Below are positions 1-9,705 of a DNA stretch of 64,000 nucleotides, piece by piece (within the stretch, counting starts at the first letter, position 1; each line of letters starts with the position of its first letter). Made by a program: the position numbers and the translations under genes. Under the pieces are notes generated by a model. It saw only the letters and a program-made list of their open reading frames with translations, was not told where the DNA came from and did not search any database. Source of the DNA: an uncultured Gammaproteobacteria bacterium (GTDB lineage Bacteria > Patescibacteriota > Patescibacteriia > Patescibacteriales > UBA12465). The stretch covers positions 1,811 to 65,810 of the forward strand of contig CAYYPI010000003.1 in the NCBI GenBank assembly GCA_964473565.1. The letters run 5' to 3'.

Positions 1-1
1 C

Positions 2-106
2 TATGAAGATATGATAACTTATACTAGCTCAGGGGTGGGGACTTGGGGACCACCAGTGCGTACACCTTTTCCTGGTGAAATTGTGGTTTTTGATATAAAT
101 AATTAG
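2..106 (+). CDS. 3' end of an unidentified CDS truncated by the window edge
   Basis: Frame is open from position 2 to TAG at 104-106. It translates to ...YEDMITYTSSGVGTWGPPVRTPFPGEIVVFDINN*. No family recognised. Confidence 0.35.
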   Translation, partial: YEDMITYTSSGVGTWGPPVRTPFPGEIVVFDINN

Positions 107-188
107 AAGTTTATTTTTTAATATGAATTATAAACATGTTAATATAAATAATAAAAGATATTTTTTATTTATATAAGCATTAACGAAG

Positions 189-1421
189 ATGTTTAAACAA
201 AAGAAAACTGTTAAGTTAAAAAGAAGTTTAAGTTTCCCACTTTTACTTTTTTATAGTACCGGAACTATTTTAGGTTTAGGTATTTATGTTATTTTGGGAA
301 AAATTGCTGGTCACGCTGGTATGTTTACCCCCTTAGCCTTTATTGTCTCAGCTATTTTAGTTATCTTCACTGCTTTTTCATATAGCGAACTCTCAGCACG
401 TATACCTAAAAGTGGAGGAGCGGTAAACTATGTTGATAGTGCTTTTAATATACCAGCTCTATCTAAAATAATAGGTTGGCTTCTGGTTGCTTCAGCTATT
501 ATATCTACAGCTACTGTTTTAAATGGCTATGTTGGTTATGTGCATGAGTTTGTAAACATTGCTCCCTGGATAATCATATCGTTAGTTATAGTTGTTTTAT
601 CAGCAATTGTTATTTGGGGAATAACGCAATCTGCAGCTACGATAACTGTTATTACTGTCATTGAACTTTTAGGAATATTTTTAGTTATCTTTTTTGCTGG
701 AGATAATTTAAGTCAATTGCCAGCAAGAATTAATGAATTTATCCCTAGTTTTGAGTTTAGCGTTTGGAAGGGAATTTTGATGGGAGCTTTTTTAGGATTT
801 TTTACCTTTATTGGCTTTGAAAGCGCTGTTAATGTAGCAGAAGAGACTAAAAATCCTCAAAAAAATATGCCTAGAGCAATTATAGGCTCACTACTTATAT
901 TAACCATACTTTATATAATTGTTGCTATTATAGCTGTGCTAGGGCTATCTCCTCAAGAATTAGAAACTAGTGAGGCGCCACTAGTTGATATATTATCTCA
1001 GAAAGGATTAAGCTTTCCCTTAGTCATCACCATTATTGGTTTGATAGCTATAATTAATGGAGTGATGGTGCAAATGGTTATGAATGCTAGAGTTTTATAT
1101 GGAATGGCACAAAGAAAATTAGCTCCACCAATATTTGGTAAACTAAATAGAAAAACCAGAACACCAATTTGGGCTACAATCTTTTCTAGTGTTGTTATTT
1201 TAGCCTTTGCTTTAGCTTTTGATTTAGAGTCTTTAGCTAGTGCTACAAATTATATATTATTAGTTGTATTTATTTTTATTAATTTGTCGCTTATAGTTTT
1301 GAAAAAGAGAAATAAAAAACCAAAAGGTGTCAGAACCTATTCTGTAGCAGTGCCGTTTCTAGGTTTCTTCTTTAGTATTGCTATTTTATTTTTTCAATTA
1401 TATACTATATTTTTTAAATAA
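189..1421 (+). CDS. APC-superfamily amino acid permease
   Basis: 410 aa with about 12 hydrophobic spans. The N-terminal segment YSELSARIPKSGGAVNYV resembles the APC family signature. Confidence 0.8.
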   Translation: MFKQKKTVKLKRSLSFPLLLFYSTGTILGLGIYVILGKIAGHAGMFTPLAFIVSAILVIFTAFSYSELSARIPKSGGAVNYVDSAFNIPALSKIIGWLLVASAIISTATVLNGYVGYVHEFVNIAPWIIISLVIVVLSAIVIWGITQSAATITVITVIELLGIFLVIFFAGDNLSQLPARINEFIPSFEFSVWKGILMGAFLGFFTFIGFESAVNVAEETKNPQKNMPRAIIGSLLILTILYIIVAIIAVLGLSPQELETSEAPLVDILSQKGLSFPLVITIIGLIAIINGVMVQMVMNARVLYGMAQRKLAPPIFGKLNRKTRTPIWATIFSSVVILAFALAFDLESLASATNYILLVVFIFINLSLIVLKKRNKKPKGVRTYSVAVPFLGFFFSIAILFFQLYTIFFK

Positions 1422-1444
1422 TTTAAAAAATAAACAATAAAGAT

Positions 1445-1720
1445 ATGTTAAAACATATGAACATACAAGTTAGAGGATTTGTTCAGGGTGTATCTCTTAG
1501 GAAAAACATAAAAAATAAAGCCAAGGAGCTGGACTTAAAGGGTTTTGCTCAAAATCAAAGTGACGGTAGTGTGATTGTTGAGGCTGAAGGAAAGGAAATT
1601 GATTTGATTGAACTTTTTGAGTTTATTAAAAGTGGTCCTGGCATGGCTGAGCCTGAGGAAATAAAATATCATTTTTCTGAAAAGATAGAAGAGTATTCTA
1701 AGTTTGAAATTAAAGATTAA
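1445..1720 (+). CDS. acyP: acylphosphatase
   Basis: 91 aa. VRGFVQGVSLRKN matches the acylphosphatase V-x-G-x-V-Q-G-V-x-F-R signature, and GFAQNQSDGSVIVEAEG matches the second motif. The true start could be the second Met (MNIQV). Confidence 0.85.
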   Translation: MLKHMNIQVRGFVQGVSLRKNIKNKAKELDLKGFAQNQSDGSVIVEAEGKEIDLIELFEFIKSGPGMAEPEEIKYHFSEKIEEYSKFEIKD

Positions 1721-1791
1721 TACTAATGTTTATAGTTAAATACTTTAAGTAGTTAGGTTTGAAAAGTTTTGTGTTGTATAATGGTTTTATT

Positions 1792-3057
1792 ATGTTTAAA
1801 TTAGTTAAAAATAAATATTCAATATTTGGTTATTTTGCAATAATCTTAGCCGCCTTACTTTGGAGTATAGACGGTCTTTTTATTAGGCCAAGCTTTTATG
1901 TTTTGCCTGCAGCTTTAGTAGTATTTTGGGAGCACTTTTTAGGATTTATAGTCTTAAGTCCTTTTATTATTTTAAATTGGAAGAAGATAAAACGACTTAG
2001 TAGGAAGAATTGGGGTGCAGTTATTTGGGTGAGTTTGTTTGGTGGGGTTATTGGTACAATTATGATTACCAAGGCCTTCTTTTCCGCAATAGATGGTGAA
2101 ACAACCTTTGCTACTGTGGTTGTTCTACAAAAACTTCAACCAATTTTTGCTTTGTTTTTAGCTAGAATAATTTTAAGAGAGAAACTACCTAAGAATTTCT
2201 ATCTTTGGGCAACAGTAGCAATAGTGGCAAGTTATATTTTAGCATTTGCTAGTTATGGTTTTGATATTTTTTCAATAGACCTGTCTCAAAGTGCTGCTAT
2301 TTTTGCTATTTTAGCGGCTTTTGCATTTGGCTCATCTACTGTCTTTGGTAAACGGATTGCTAATCATCTTAACTTTAAAGCTTTAAGTGCACTGAGATTC
2401 GGCATCACTACAGTTTTGATATTAGTTTACCTTTTGTTTACTAACGGCCTAGGAATGAGTTCAGCTATTAGCTCAGTACAGTGGCATCTTTTAGCTCTGA
2501 TTGTTCTTAGTAGTGGTGCTCTGGCCATCTTTTTATTTTACTTTGGATTGCGCAGAGTTTCCGCTTCAACCACCACTATCTTAGAGCTTTTTTGGCCTTT
2601 TTCAGCTTTAATATTAGATTATATATTTAATAATAACTATTTAAATACAATTGAAATTGTGGCTGTGATAGTTTTAATTATTTCATTTTTCAAAGTTTCT
2701 AATTTAGATAAGAATAAGGTTAAATTTAACGCTAAAGTTATTAAAGGTGATGGCAGAGGGAGAAGAATTGGATACCCGACTGCTAATTTAGATAAGACTG
2801 ATTTAGATATTAGTCATGGTGTTTATGTGGTAAAAGCAAAATTAAAAGATAGCGTGTATGATGCTATTATGCATTTTGGCTATAAGGAGGTATTTAATGG
2901 ACCAGTTTCGCTAGAGATTTTAATTAAGGACTTTTCAGAAGATATTTATGGTAAGGAAATTACAGTTAAAGTTATTAAAAAGATTAGAGATGTAAAGAAG
3001 TTTGATAATATTGAGGATTTAAAGAAAAACATTTCTAAAGACTTGCAACATATTTAG
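1792..3057 (+). CDS. EamA/DMT-family 10-TM transporter fused to a C-terminal riboflavin kinase domain
   Basis: The N-terminal ~300 aa are two EamA-like 5-TM halves. The C-terminal ~115 aa carry RFK motifs GDGRGRRIGYPTANL, GVYVV and LEILIKDFSEDIYGKEI. I place the start at ATG 1792 rather than the track's TTG at 1759. Confidence 0.75.
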   Translation: MFKLVKNKYSIFGYFAIILAALLWSIDGLFIRPSFYVLPAALVVFWEHFLGFIVLSPFIILNWKKIKRLSRKNWGAVIWVSLFGGVIGTIMITKAFFSAIDGETTFATVVVLQKLQPIFALFLARIILREKLPKNFYLWATVAIVASYILAFASYGFDIFSIDLSQSAAIFAILAAFAFGSSTVFGKRIANHLNFKALSALRFGITTVLILVYLLFTNGLGMSSAISSVQWHLLALIVLSSGALAIFLFYFGLRRVSASTTTILELFWPFSALILDYIFNNNYLNTIEIVAVIVLIISFFKVSNLDKNKVKFNAKVIKGDGRGRRIGYPTANLDKTDLDISHGVYVVKAKLKDSVYDAIMHFGYKEVFNGPVSLEILIKDFSEDIYGKEITVKVIKKIRDVKKFDNIEDLKKNISKDLQHI

Positions 3058-3131
3058 TTTTTAATCTTTAAATAAGCTCTATTTTATGATAAAATAAGAT
3101 TGAACTTAATTAATTATAATAAATAAACAAT

Positions 3132-3527
3132 ATGCAGACATTTCTAAAAGCGCTAAGAGTATTCTTTATTATTTTAGGAGTAATCTTTTTCCTAATGATA
3201 ATATCAGGTTTTTATCTTTATCAATCAGACTTTTATGGCATAAAAACAATTATGAACTATGAAAAAGAAAGTGCTAGTGTGCCTGAGATAGATAATGATG
3301 TTAATAGTAATTCTAATGAGGCAGAGACTGAGGAGCCTAACTTAAGCCCTGAACAAGAAGCACAGCTTGAGAGTATTGGTATTGATCCAGCAACAGCACT
3401 TTCAGAAATAACACCTGAAATGGAAGAGTGTTTTGTAGAGGAGCTGGGAGAAGAAAAAGTGGAAGCGATTAGAGCTGGAGAACCTCCCACAGTAGTTGAT
3501 ATGATGAAGATTGAGTCATGTTTATAA
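3132..3527 (+). CDS. hypothetical membrane-anchored acidic protein
   Basis: 131 aa with one N-terminal TM (VFFIILGVIFFLMIISGFYLY) followed by an E/D-rich ectodomain. No family recognised. Confidence 0.5.
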   Translation: MQTFLKALRVFFIILGVIFFLMIISGFYLYQSDFYGIKTIMNYEKESASVPEIDNDVNSNSNEAETEEPNLSPEQEAQLESIGIDPATALSEITPEMEECFVEELGEEKVEAIRAGEPPTVVDMMKIESCL

Positions 3528-3592
3528 AAAAATAGATTAATATTTATATAAAAATGTAAAATAATTTATTTATATAATTAAGTAATAAATTT

Positions 3593-3991
3593 ATGGAAAC
3601 CTTAAAACTAATCAGTTCTTATTTATTCACTTTAGTAGCCCTTTTTCTTTTAGATATGCTATGGATTGAATACGTGGCACAAAAAGTTTATAAAAAATAT
3701 TTATCTAGTATATTAAGAGATAGTTTTAAGTGGTTGCCAGCTATATTGTTTTATTTAATTTTTACATTAGGACTCTTTGTTTTTGTTGTAATGTCTGCTA
3801 GCTCTTGGATGGTAGCTTTAAAAATGGGGGCTTTACTTGGATTTATCACTTATTCAGTTTATAGCCTAAGTAACCTTAGCTTAATTAAAGATTGGAATTG
3901 GAAGACTTCTGTTTTAGATATTTTTTGGGGAACAGTTTTATCCGGTGGAGTTAGTGTTTTAGCCTATTATATTGTAGAGGGGATGCTATAA
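3593..3991 (+). CDS. small 4-TM membrane protein (possibly DUF2177-like)
   Basis: 132 aa with four hydrophobic spans. The family assignment is from memory only. Confidence 0.45.
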   Translation: METLKLISSYLFTLVALFLLDMLWIEYVAQKVYKKYLSSILRDSFKWLPAILFYLIFTLGLFVFVVMSASSWMVALKMGALLGFITYSVYSLSNLSLIKDWNWKTSVLDIFWGTVLSGGVSVLAYYIVEGML

Positions 3992-4002
3992 AAATATTTT
4001 CA

Positions 4003-4428
4003 ATGAATAAACTATTTTTAATAATAACTTCTTTAGTAATTGTTTCAGTAGCAATCTTTTTTTCTTATGAAACTAAAGAGGTGCAATTTGAGAATATTAG
4101 CTTTCAGGCAGAGATTGCAGATAGCTCAGCTGAACATTATAATGGTTTAAGTAATCGTAATTATTTGTGTGGCAACTGTGCCATGCTTTTTGTTTTTGAG
4201 GATAATACGGAAAGGAGTTTTGTGATGAGAGAGATGATGATGCCAATTGATATAGTTTTTATTAATAATAATATGGTTATAGATATACATAAAGATTTAA
4301 AGCCAGAAGGAAAAGATTATGATAATTACTATAAAAGCGCTGGAGCAGTTGATATGGCTTTAGAGATAAATGCTAACTATAGTGATAAATACAATATTAA
4401 AGTTGGAGATAAAGTAATAATAAATTAA
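4003..4428 (+). CDS. DUF192 domain protein, signal-anchored
   Basis: 141 aa with an N-terminal TM. The core GLSNR...MLFVFEDNTERSFVMREMMMPIDIVFI looks typical of DUF192. Confidence 0.7.
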   Translation: MNKLFLIITSLVIVSVAIFFSYETKEVQFENISFQAEIADSSAEHYNGLSNRNYLCGNCAMLFVFEDNTERSFVMREMMMPIDIVFINNNMVIDIHKDLKPEGKDYDNYYKSAGAVDMALEINANYSDKYNIKVGDKVIIN

Positions 4429-4433
4429 TTTAT

Positions 4434-5213
4434 ATGACTAAATATTTACTACAAAAGAATAAGGTCTTAATAATGCTTATTCTTTTTTTGTATGTAGTGA
4501 TGGCTAGCTTATTAGTTTATTTACTGCAGCCTCCATATTATTTAGCAATTTGTATAGTTTTAGCAGTGCCAGCACTATTTAACTTTTTCTTATTAAGAAA
4601 AGGAAAAATAAAGATACTAATATTTTCTCTTATCACAACTTTTTTATTTGCACCACCAATAGAGTTAATGGCTAGATTGGCTGACGCCTGGGATGTCGCT
4701 TCTTTATTTGTTCGTCCTTTTGGTTTGATACCTTTAGAAAATATGTTGTTTGCTTTTTTAAATTTCTTTTGGATACTAAGTTTTTATGAATTTTTTTTAG
4801 ACACACAAAAAGGAAAAATAGATTTAAATAAAAGATTTAAAATTTTGGTATTACTTTATCTATTTTTATCTTTAATAGTTTATGGCTTATTTTTCTTTAA
4901 CCCTAATATTATTACAACCGATTATCATATTATTGCATTAATTTTCTTGTTACCCATTTTAGTTATTTTAGGTTTTAAAATGCCAGGGCTTATAAAAAAA
5001 ACAGTGGTACCCACTGCCTTTTTTGCTTTAGTTTTCTTTATTTATGAAATAGTCTCTTTATTAATTGGTCATTGGTGGTGGCCAGGTTACTATCTTTGGC
5101 CTATTTCTATTTCAGGAATAATTTTTCCTATAGATGATATTATTATTTGGTATTTCTTGTCTACTCCAGCTTTAATCTTAGGCTACGAATTCTTTGCTGA
5201 TGATAGTAAATAG
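4434..5213 (+). CDS. polytopic membrane protein, lycopene-cyclase-domain-like
   Basis: 259 aa with 7-8 TM spans. Two P-x-(E/D)-(E/D/N)-type motifs, IPLENMLFAFL and FPIDDIIIWYFL, resemble CrtYc/CrtYd-type domains. Confidence 0.45.
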   Translation: MTKYLLQKNKVLIMLILFLYVVMASLLVYLLQPPYYLAICIVLAVPALFNFFLLRKGKIKILIFSLITTFLFAPPIELMARLADAWDVASLFVRPFGLIPLENMLFAFLNFFWILSFYEFFLDTQKGKIDLNKRFKILVLLYLFLSLIVYGLFFFNPNIITTDYHIIALIFLLPILVILGFKMPGLIKKTVVPTAFFALVFFIYEIVSLLIGHWWWPGYYLWPISISGIIFPIDDIIIWYFLSTPALILGYEFFADDSK

Positions 5214-5215
5214 TG

Positions 5216-5935
5216 CTACATCTTTTTTAATTCTTTAATCTCTTCTTCTCTTAATTTTCTAAACTCACCTTCTTTTAGTAAGTCTAAATTTATAGGTCCT
5301 AGTTTTATTCTTTTAATTTTTTTAACCTTAATATTAAAATAAGCAAACATTTTTCTTATTTGTCTGTTTTGGCCTTGACTTAGCGTGATTAAAAACTTTT
5401 GTTTATCCACCTTTTTAACATCAAGAGCTTTAGCTAAAGTTTTTTCTTTGATATCTATACCCTTTCTAAATTTATCTTGAATCTGCGGAAACGGAATTAG
5501 ATATTTTTCTGTTTCCACTTCATATACCTTTTTATGCTGAAAGCTAGGATGTGTTAATTTGTGAGTAAGATTGCCATCATTAGTTAACAAAACTAAACCC
5601 TGACTATCTTTATCTAAACGTCCAACAATATTCAGTTTATCATTGTTTATATTTTTATCTCTCTCCAAAAGACTAAAGATATTTTTTTCACCTTTAAACT
5701 TTCTATTAGTACAAGTATACCCTTGTGGTTTGTTGAGTAGGTAGTATTTTAATTTAAACTCTGTTTTAATTACTTTATCATTAATCTTTATTTCATCATT
5801 TTTATCTGCTCTATCACCTAATTCAGCTTGTTTTCGATTGATAAAAACAAGACCACTCCTAACTAGACTCTCAGCTTTTCTTCTAGAACAATAGCCTGAA
5901 TTAGCTATTATTTTTGTGATTGGCTCTTTGCTCAT
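5216..5935 (-). CDS. pseudouridine synthase, RsuA/RluB family
   Basis: N-terminal S4 domain (SGYCSRRKAESLVRSGLVFIN) and catalytic motif GRLDKDSQGLVLLTNDG. Confidence 0.85.
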   Translation of the reverse strand: MSKEPITKIIANSGYCSRRKAESLVRSGLVFINRKQAELGDRADKNDEIKINDKVIKTEFKLKYYLLNKPQGYTCTNRKFKGEKNIFSLLERDKNINNDKLNIVGRLDKDSQGLVLLTNDGNLTHKLTHPSFQHKKVYEVETEKYLIPFPQIQDKFRKGIDIKEKTLAKALDVKKVDKQKFLITLSQGQNRQIRKMFAYFNIKVKKIKRIKLGPINLDLLKEGEFRKLREEEIKELKKM

Positions 5936-7325
5936 AAATTTTAGTATGAATAATAACTAGAGATAATAAAGATATGATAATCCAAAATAAAGCACTCAGA
6001 TCATTTTTAAAGTAAGGTACATCAACTATTCCATGAATAATGATTGCACTTATTGCTGAGATTATCGATACTATTAATGGCTTGAATTTTGTTTCACACT
6101 TTTCTAATAATCTTTTAGCTTCAATATATATTTTAACAAATAAAAATATAAAGATAAGGAGCCCTAAAAGACCAAGCTCTACCCAGAAGTTTAAAATAAT
6201 ATTGTGAGGATAGAGATATATTTCTAAGGGCTGCCAAACTGATTGTCTAAAATCTTCATTAAATAGAGTTTTTCTAAGCCAGTCAGGATCTTGATAGTCT
6301 TTGATAAATATACCTTCTTGATGATAAGGTCTAATTGCTTCTTGATACTTTAATAAACCAACCCCAGTTAACCAATTATTATTATCTTTTAACATTTCCC
6401 AGGTTTCTTGCCATTGAGAAACTCTAATCTGTCCAGACTTATCTCTAAGTAAAGCTTTTTCTTTTAAGTATGTTTGTGCCTGGGGGTTTAGAGCTAAAAG
6501 CGCAGAACTTATTAGCACTAAAGATATAGCAAAAATTCTAGTTTTTTTATTGTATATAAACAAATAAATAAATATTGAAATAAGGCTAGCTATTAAGGCG
6601 CCTTCTGATTTGGCAAAATACATTGCTAAAAATGAGAGTGATATAATAATGAACAAAAAACTAACAAGTATTTTATTCTTTGTTATTTTTAAATTATTTA
6701 AATAGGAGTTAGCTAAACCTAAAGCTAAAAGGACAACAGGCGCTAAATACAAGCCTATGGCATTAGGATAGGCAAATATTGATGTTACACGTCTAGTTTC
6801 AGCTTGAGCCCAGAATTCATTAAAAATATACAATCCGCTAATTTGTTGGAAAATAGCAACTATTGATATAAAAAAAGCAGATATAGAAAGAGCCCAAACA
6901 ATTTGCTTCCAATCAGATTTTAAATTGAAGTAATTTATTATTAAAATATAAAGCATAACAGGTTCTAGAAAATATGCTTTAAAGACTCCTAGTGCGGATA
7001 GAGAAAAGTCTGAAAAAAAGATAGCTAAGTAAGCTGCAAGCAGGATGGCAAGGATTTCGTATCGAAAGGGATAATTTTGAGATTTATTTAAAGCTTTGTT
7101 ATGTATTTTATTTTTCAATCTTTTTATAATCCTAGGTCCTTTTTGTATAATAAAGAAAGCAAAAGCTATTAAAATTATTGCTTCTAAAAATGTCATAGGA
7201 AGACCTAAAACTTCAAAACGAATTAAATAGCTTGGCAAAGCAAAGATTATAGCTAAAATAGCCAATCTGGGCTTAAAGGCAGTTAAAATACTATAGAAAA
7301 TTAGGCTCAGTATAATTAATGTCAT
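5901..7325 (-). CDS. O-antigen ligase / Wzy-like polytopic membrane protein
   Basis: 474 aa with more than 10 TM spans and a large extracytoplasmic loop, the architecture typical of the Wzy_C/O-antigen ligase family. It overlaps the downstream pseudouridine synthase gene by 35 nt. Confidence 0.6.
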   Translation of the reverse strand: MTLIILSLIFYSILTAFKPRLAILAIIFALPSYLIRFEVLGLPMTFLEAIILIAFAFFIIQKGPRIIKRLKNKIHNKALNKSQNYPFRYEILAILLAAYLAIFFSDFSLSALGVFKAYFLEPVMLYILIINYFNLKSDWKQIVWALSISAFFISIVAIFQQISGLYIFNEFWAQAETRRVTSIFAYPNAIGLYLAPVVLLALGLANSYLNNLKITKNKILVSFLFIIISLSFLAMYFAKSEGALIASLISIFIYLFIYNKKTRIFAISLVLISSALLALNPQAQTYLKEKALLRDKSGQIRVSQWQETWEMLKDNNNWLTGVGLLKYQEAIRPYHQEGIFIKDYQDPDWLRKTLFNEDFRQSVWQPLEIYLYPHNIILNFWVELGLLGLLIFIFLFVKIYIEAKRLLEKCETKFKPLIVSIISAISAIIIHGIVDVPYFKNDLSALFWIIISLLSLVIIHTKIYEQRANHKNNS

Positions 7326-7541
7326 ATTTTAATTATACCATTTTTTTCTCTTTAGTGATAAAATGGATATAAGTTAGTTACTTTTTTGTAATTATTTCGT
7401 TATACTATATGCAAACAGCTGCTTGCTAATAATGCATTGGCAATTAAAAGCTAAGATCTTAAAACTAAAGTTTTAAACTATTTTTAAACTTTAAAAGCTG
7501 ACGAGTTTTTAAGTTTCAAGGTAGTACTAAAATTAAGTTAC

Positions 7542-8102
7542 ATGCAAAAACAAGAATCTCAATTAATTAAAGAATGCCAAAATGGAAATCTGGAAAGTTT
7601 TGGTCCTTTATATGATAAGTATATAAAGAAAATATATAATTATCTATATTATAGGGCACCAGAGAAAAGTGTGGCTGAGGATATTTGCAGTCAAACCTTT
7701 ATTAAGGCTTTAAAGGCAATTAACAGTTATAATAAGGATAAAGGAAGTTTTTCAGCTTGGTTATACAAAATTGCTAAAAATAATTTAGTAGATTATTATC
7801 GTAGCAATAAAAATGATTTAAATGTTGATGATATTTGGTATTTAGAAGATGATACTGATATTGAGGGTGCTACAGATAAAAGTATAAAGTTAGGTAAAGT
7901 AAAAGATTGTTTAAAGGATTTAAAGAAGGAGCAAAGAGAAGTTATTATTTTACGTGTTTGGGATGAGCTTTCATATAGTGAGATTGCTGAGATTCTGGAT
8001 AAAAGTGAAGCTAGTTGCAAAATGATATTTTCTCGTAGTTTAGAAAAATTAAAACAAGAATTGCCATTGAGTTTATACTTGTTATTACTATTAAACTTTT
8101 AA
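7542..8102 (+). CDS. ECF-type RNA polymerase sigma-70 family factor
   Basis: 186 aa. Region 2 is seen as FGPLYDKYIKKIYNYLYYR...AEDICSQTF and region 4 as QREVIILRVWDELSYSEIAEILDKSEASCKMIFSRSLEKLK. Confidence 0.85.
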   Translation: MQKQESQLIKECQNGNLESFGPLYDKYIKKIYNYLYYRAPEKSVAEDICSQTFIKALKAINSYNKDKGSFSAWLYKIAKNNLVDYYRSNKNDLNVDDIWYLEDDTDIEGATDKSIKLGKVKDCLKDLKKEQREVIILRVWDELSYSEIAEILDKSEASCKMIFSRSLEKLKQELPLSLYLLLLLNF

Positions 8103-8105
8103 TAT

Positions 8106-9680
8106 ATGAACAATGATAAAATAAATCAAATATTAAAGGATTTATATGAAATAGATCCTAATCTAAAAAAACAAGAAAAAGAACTTAGGGAAATAATTAA
8201 AAAATTACTTGCTTCTAAGCCTGAAGTAAAAATTGATCAAGAGTTTGTTAGAGATTTGCGAGAAAAAATAGTTCAGGATAATAAAAAGCAAGTAGCATTT
8301 AAATTTAACTATATGAACAAACTTATTTATGCAGGTATAGGGATGGCTGTAATGGCTCTTGTGCTTATACCTTATTACAACAACAAAGGTGATAATTTTA
8401 GCCTTGATAAATTTGCTAAAAATGATGGTGTAAATATTGAAGTTGTTGATGAAAAAGCTTTTGGTACTTTAGCTGATCTTAGTAGTAATCCTACAGGTAA
8501 TTTAGAAAGCTCAAATCAAGCAGGTGGAGAAACGGGAATTATGGGTCTTGGGTCAGCTGAAATGAGAAGCAGTGAAGAGAGTTCTGACAGTAGTGCCTCA
8601 ATTATGCCCATGCCAACACCAGTGCAATATGAATATGAATACGTCGGAGATAGTTTTGAAATAGAAAAAGATAACACAGAGGTTGTTAAGAGAATTAAAA
8701 GTGCAGATTTTTTAGCTGACAGCGTAGTGTCATTAAATAGTTTAGATATAGGTGGAATAGATTATAGTAATTTTAATAACTTAAAGGTTAATAATATTAG
8801 TCTGCACGAAGATAAAGATTCAGGTTATATTGTAAGTATTGATAGCAAGGAACAGAAAATTTCAATTTATAAGAATTGGCAGAGCTGGCCTGAAGAGAGT
8901 GCTTTAAATGAAAGATTAACAATCTCTGATGTTCCTAGCGATGAAAGTATTATAGCTATAGCAGATATTTTTATTGATAATTATGATCTAGACATGAGTC
9001 CTTATGCTGAACCGGTTGTTAATAAGTCATGGTTAAAAAATTATGAAAGACTTGAAAACAAAGATTCTGCTTATATTCCTCAAACAATAACAGTTATCTA
9101 TCCGTTAATCATCAATGATAAGGAAGTGTACAATGAACATAACAATGAGTATGGTCTAAGTGTTCAAGTAGATATTAGAAACAATAAAGTTACCTCAGTT
9201 AATGAAATAGTAGAGCATAATTATCAAAGCTCAGATTATGAAGTAGTTCAAGAAGAAAATAGGATTATTGATATTGCTGAAAGAGGTGGTTACAGAAATT
9301 ATACTAGAAGAGGAAGTGATGACGCAGAAAAGCGTACCGTTGAATTAGGCACTCCAAGTTTAGAGATGGTGCGTGTTTGGAAGCATAGTCCTAATGGTTC
9401 AGAAGAATTATATATTGAAGCTTATATTTTCCCGGTTTTAAATAATGAGGAGAGTAGTTTTTACAGAGATTATTTAATTGTACCGATAGTAGAAGAATTA
9501 GTTGCTGAGGATGAAAAGCAAAACAATAATATGTCTGATAATATTTCAGAGCCATATATAGGTATCCCTGAGCAATCAGGTGGTGGTAGTCCCAGTTTAG
9601 AACCTAGAGATAGAGATTTACCAAGAATTCAAGATGATGAAAATTTAAATGACAATTTAGAGATACAAATATTAAATTAA
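8106..9680 (+). CDS. single-pass membrane protein translationally coupled to the ECF sigma factor (candidate anti-sigma/sensor)
   Basis: Starts 3 nt after the sigma gene stop. It has a ~70-aa cytoplasmic N-terminus, one TM (LIYAGIGMAVMALVLIPYY) and a ~430-aa ectodomain. No zf-HC2 cysteines are present. Confidence 0.4.
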   Translation: MNNDKINQILKDLYEIDPNLKKQEKELREIIKKLLASKPEVKIDQEFVRDLREKIVQDNKKQVAFKFNYMNKLIYAGIGMAVMALVLIPYYNNKGDNFSLDKFAKNDGVNIEVVDEKAFGTLADLSSNPTGNLESSNQAGGETGIMGLGSAEMRSSEESSDSSASIMPMPTPVQYEYEYVGDSFEIEKDNTEVVKRIKSADFLADSVVSLNSLDIGGIDYSNFNNLKVNNISLHEDKDSGYIVSIDSKEQKISIYKNWQSWPEESALNERLTISDVPSDESIIAIADIFIDNYDLDMSPYAEPVVNKSWLKNYERLENKDSAYIPQTITVIYPLIINDKEVYNEHNNEYGLSVQVDIRNNKVTSVNEIVEHNYQSSDYEVVQEENRIIDIAERGGYRNYTRRGSDDAEKRTVELGTPSLEMVRVWKHSPNGSEELYIEAYIFPVLNNEESSFYRDYLIVPIVEELVAEDEKQNNNMSDNISEPYIGIPEQSGGGSPSLEPRDRDLPRIQDDENLNDNLEIQILN

Positions 9681-9705
9681 GAAAGAAAAAGAAAAATATT
9701 AGTAT

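Noticed and set aside
1721-1791. FMN riboswitch upstream of the transporter-riboflavin kinase fusion
   Set aside because: Only ~70 nt of AT-rich spacer is available, and none of the conserved FMN-element helices or GC-rich core sequences are present.
1759-1791. Upstream alternative start codons offered by the ORF track (TTG 1759 for the transporter fusion, 29274 for lplA, TTG 59936 for topA, GTG 22016 for tsaD)
   Set aside because: Downstream ATG codons give N-termini matching the family consensus (MKKWRIL.. for LplA, MKLIIVESPTKAK for TopA, MNILGIESSCDE for TsaD). The extensions add non-conserved residues or overlap neighbouring genes excessively.
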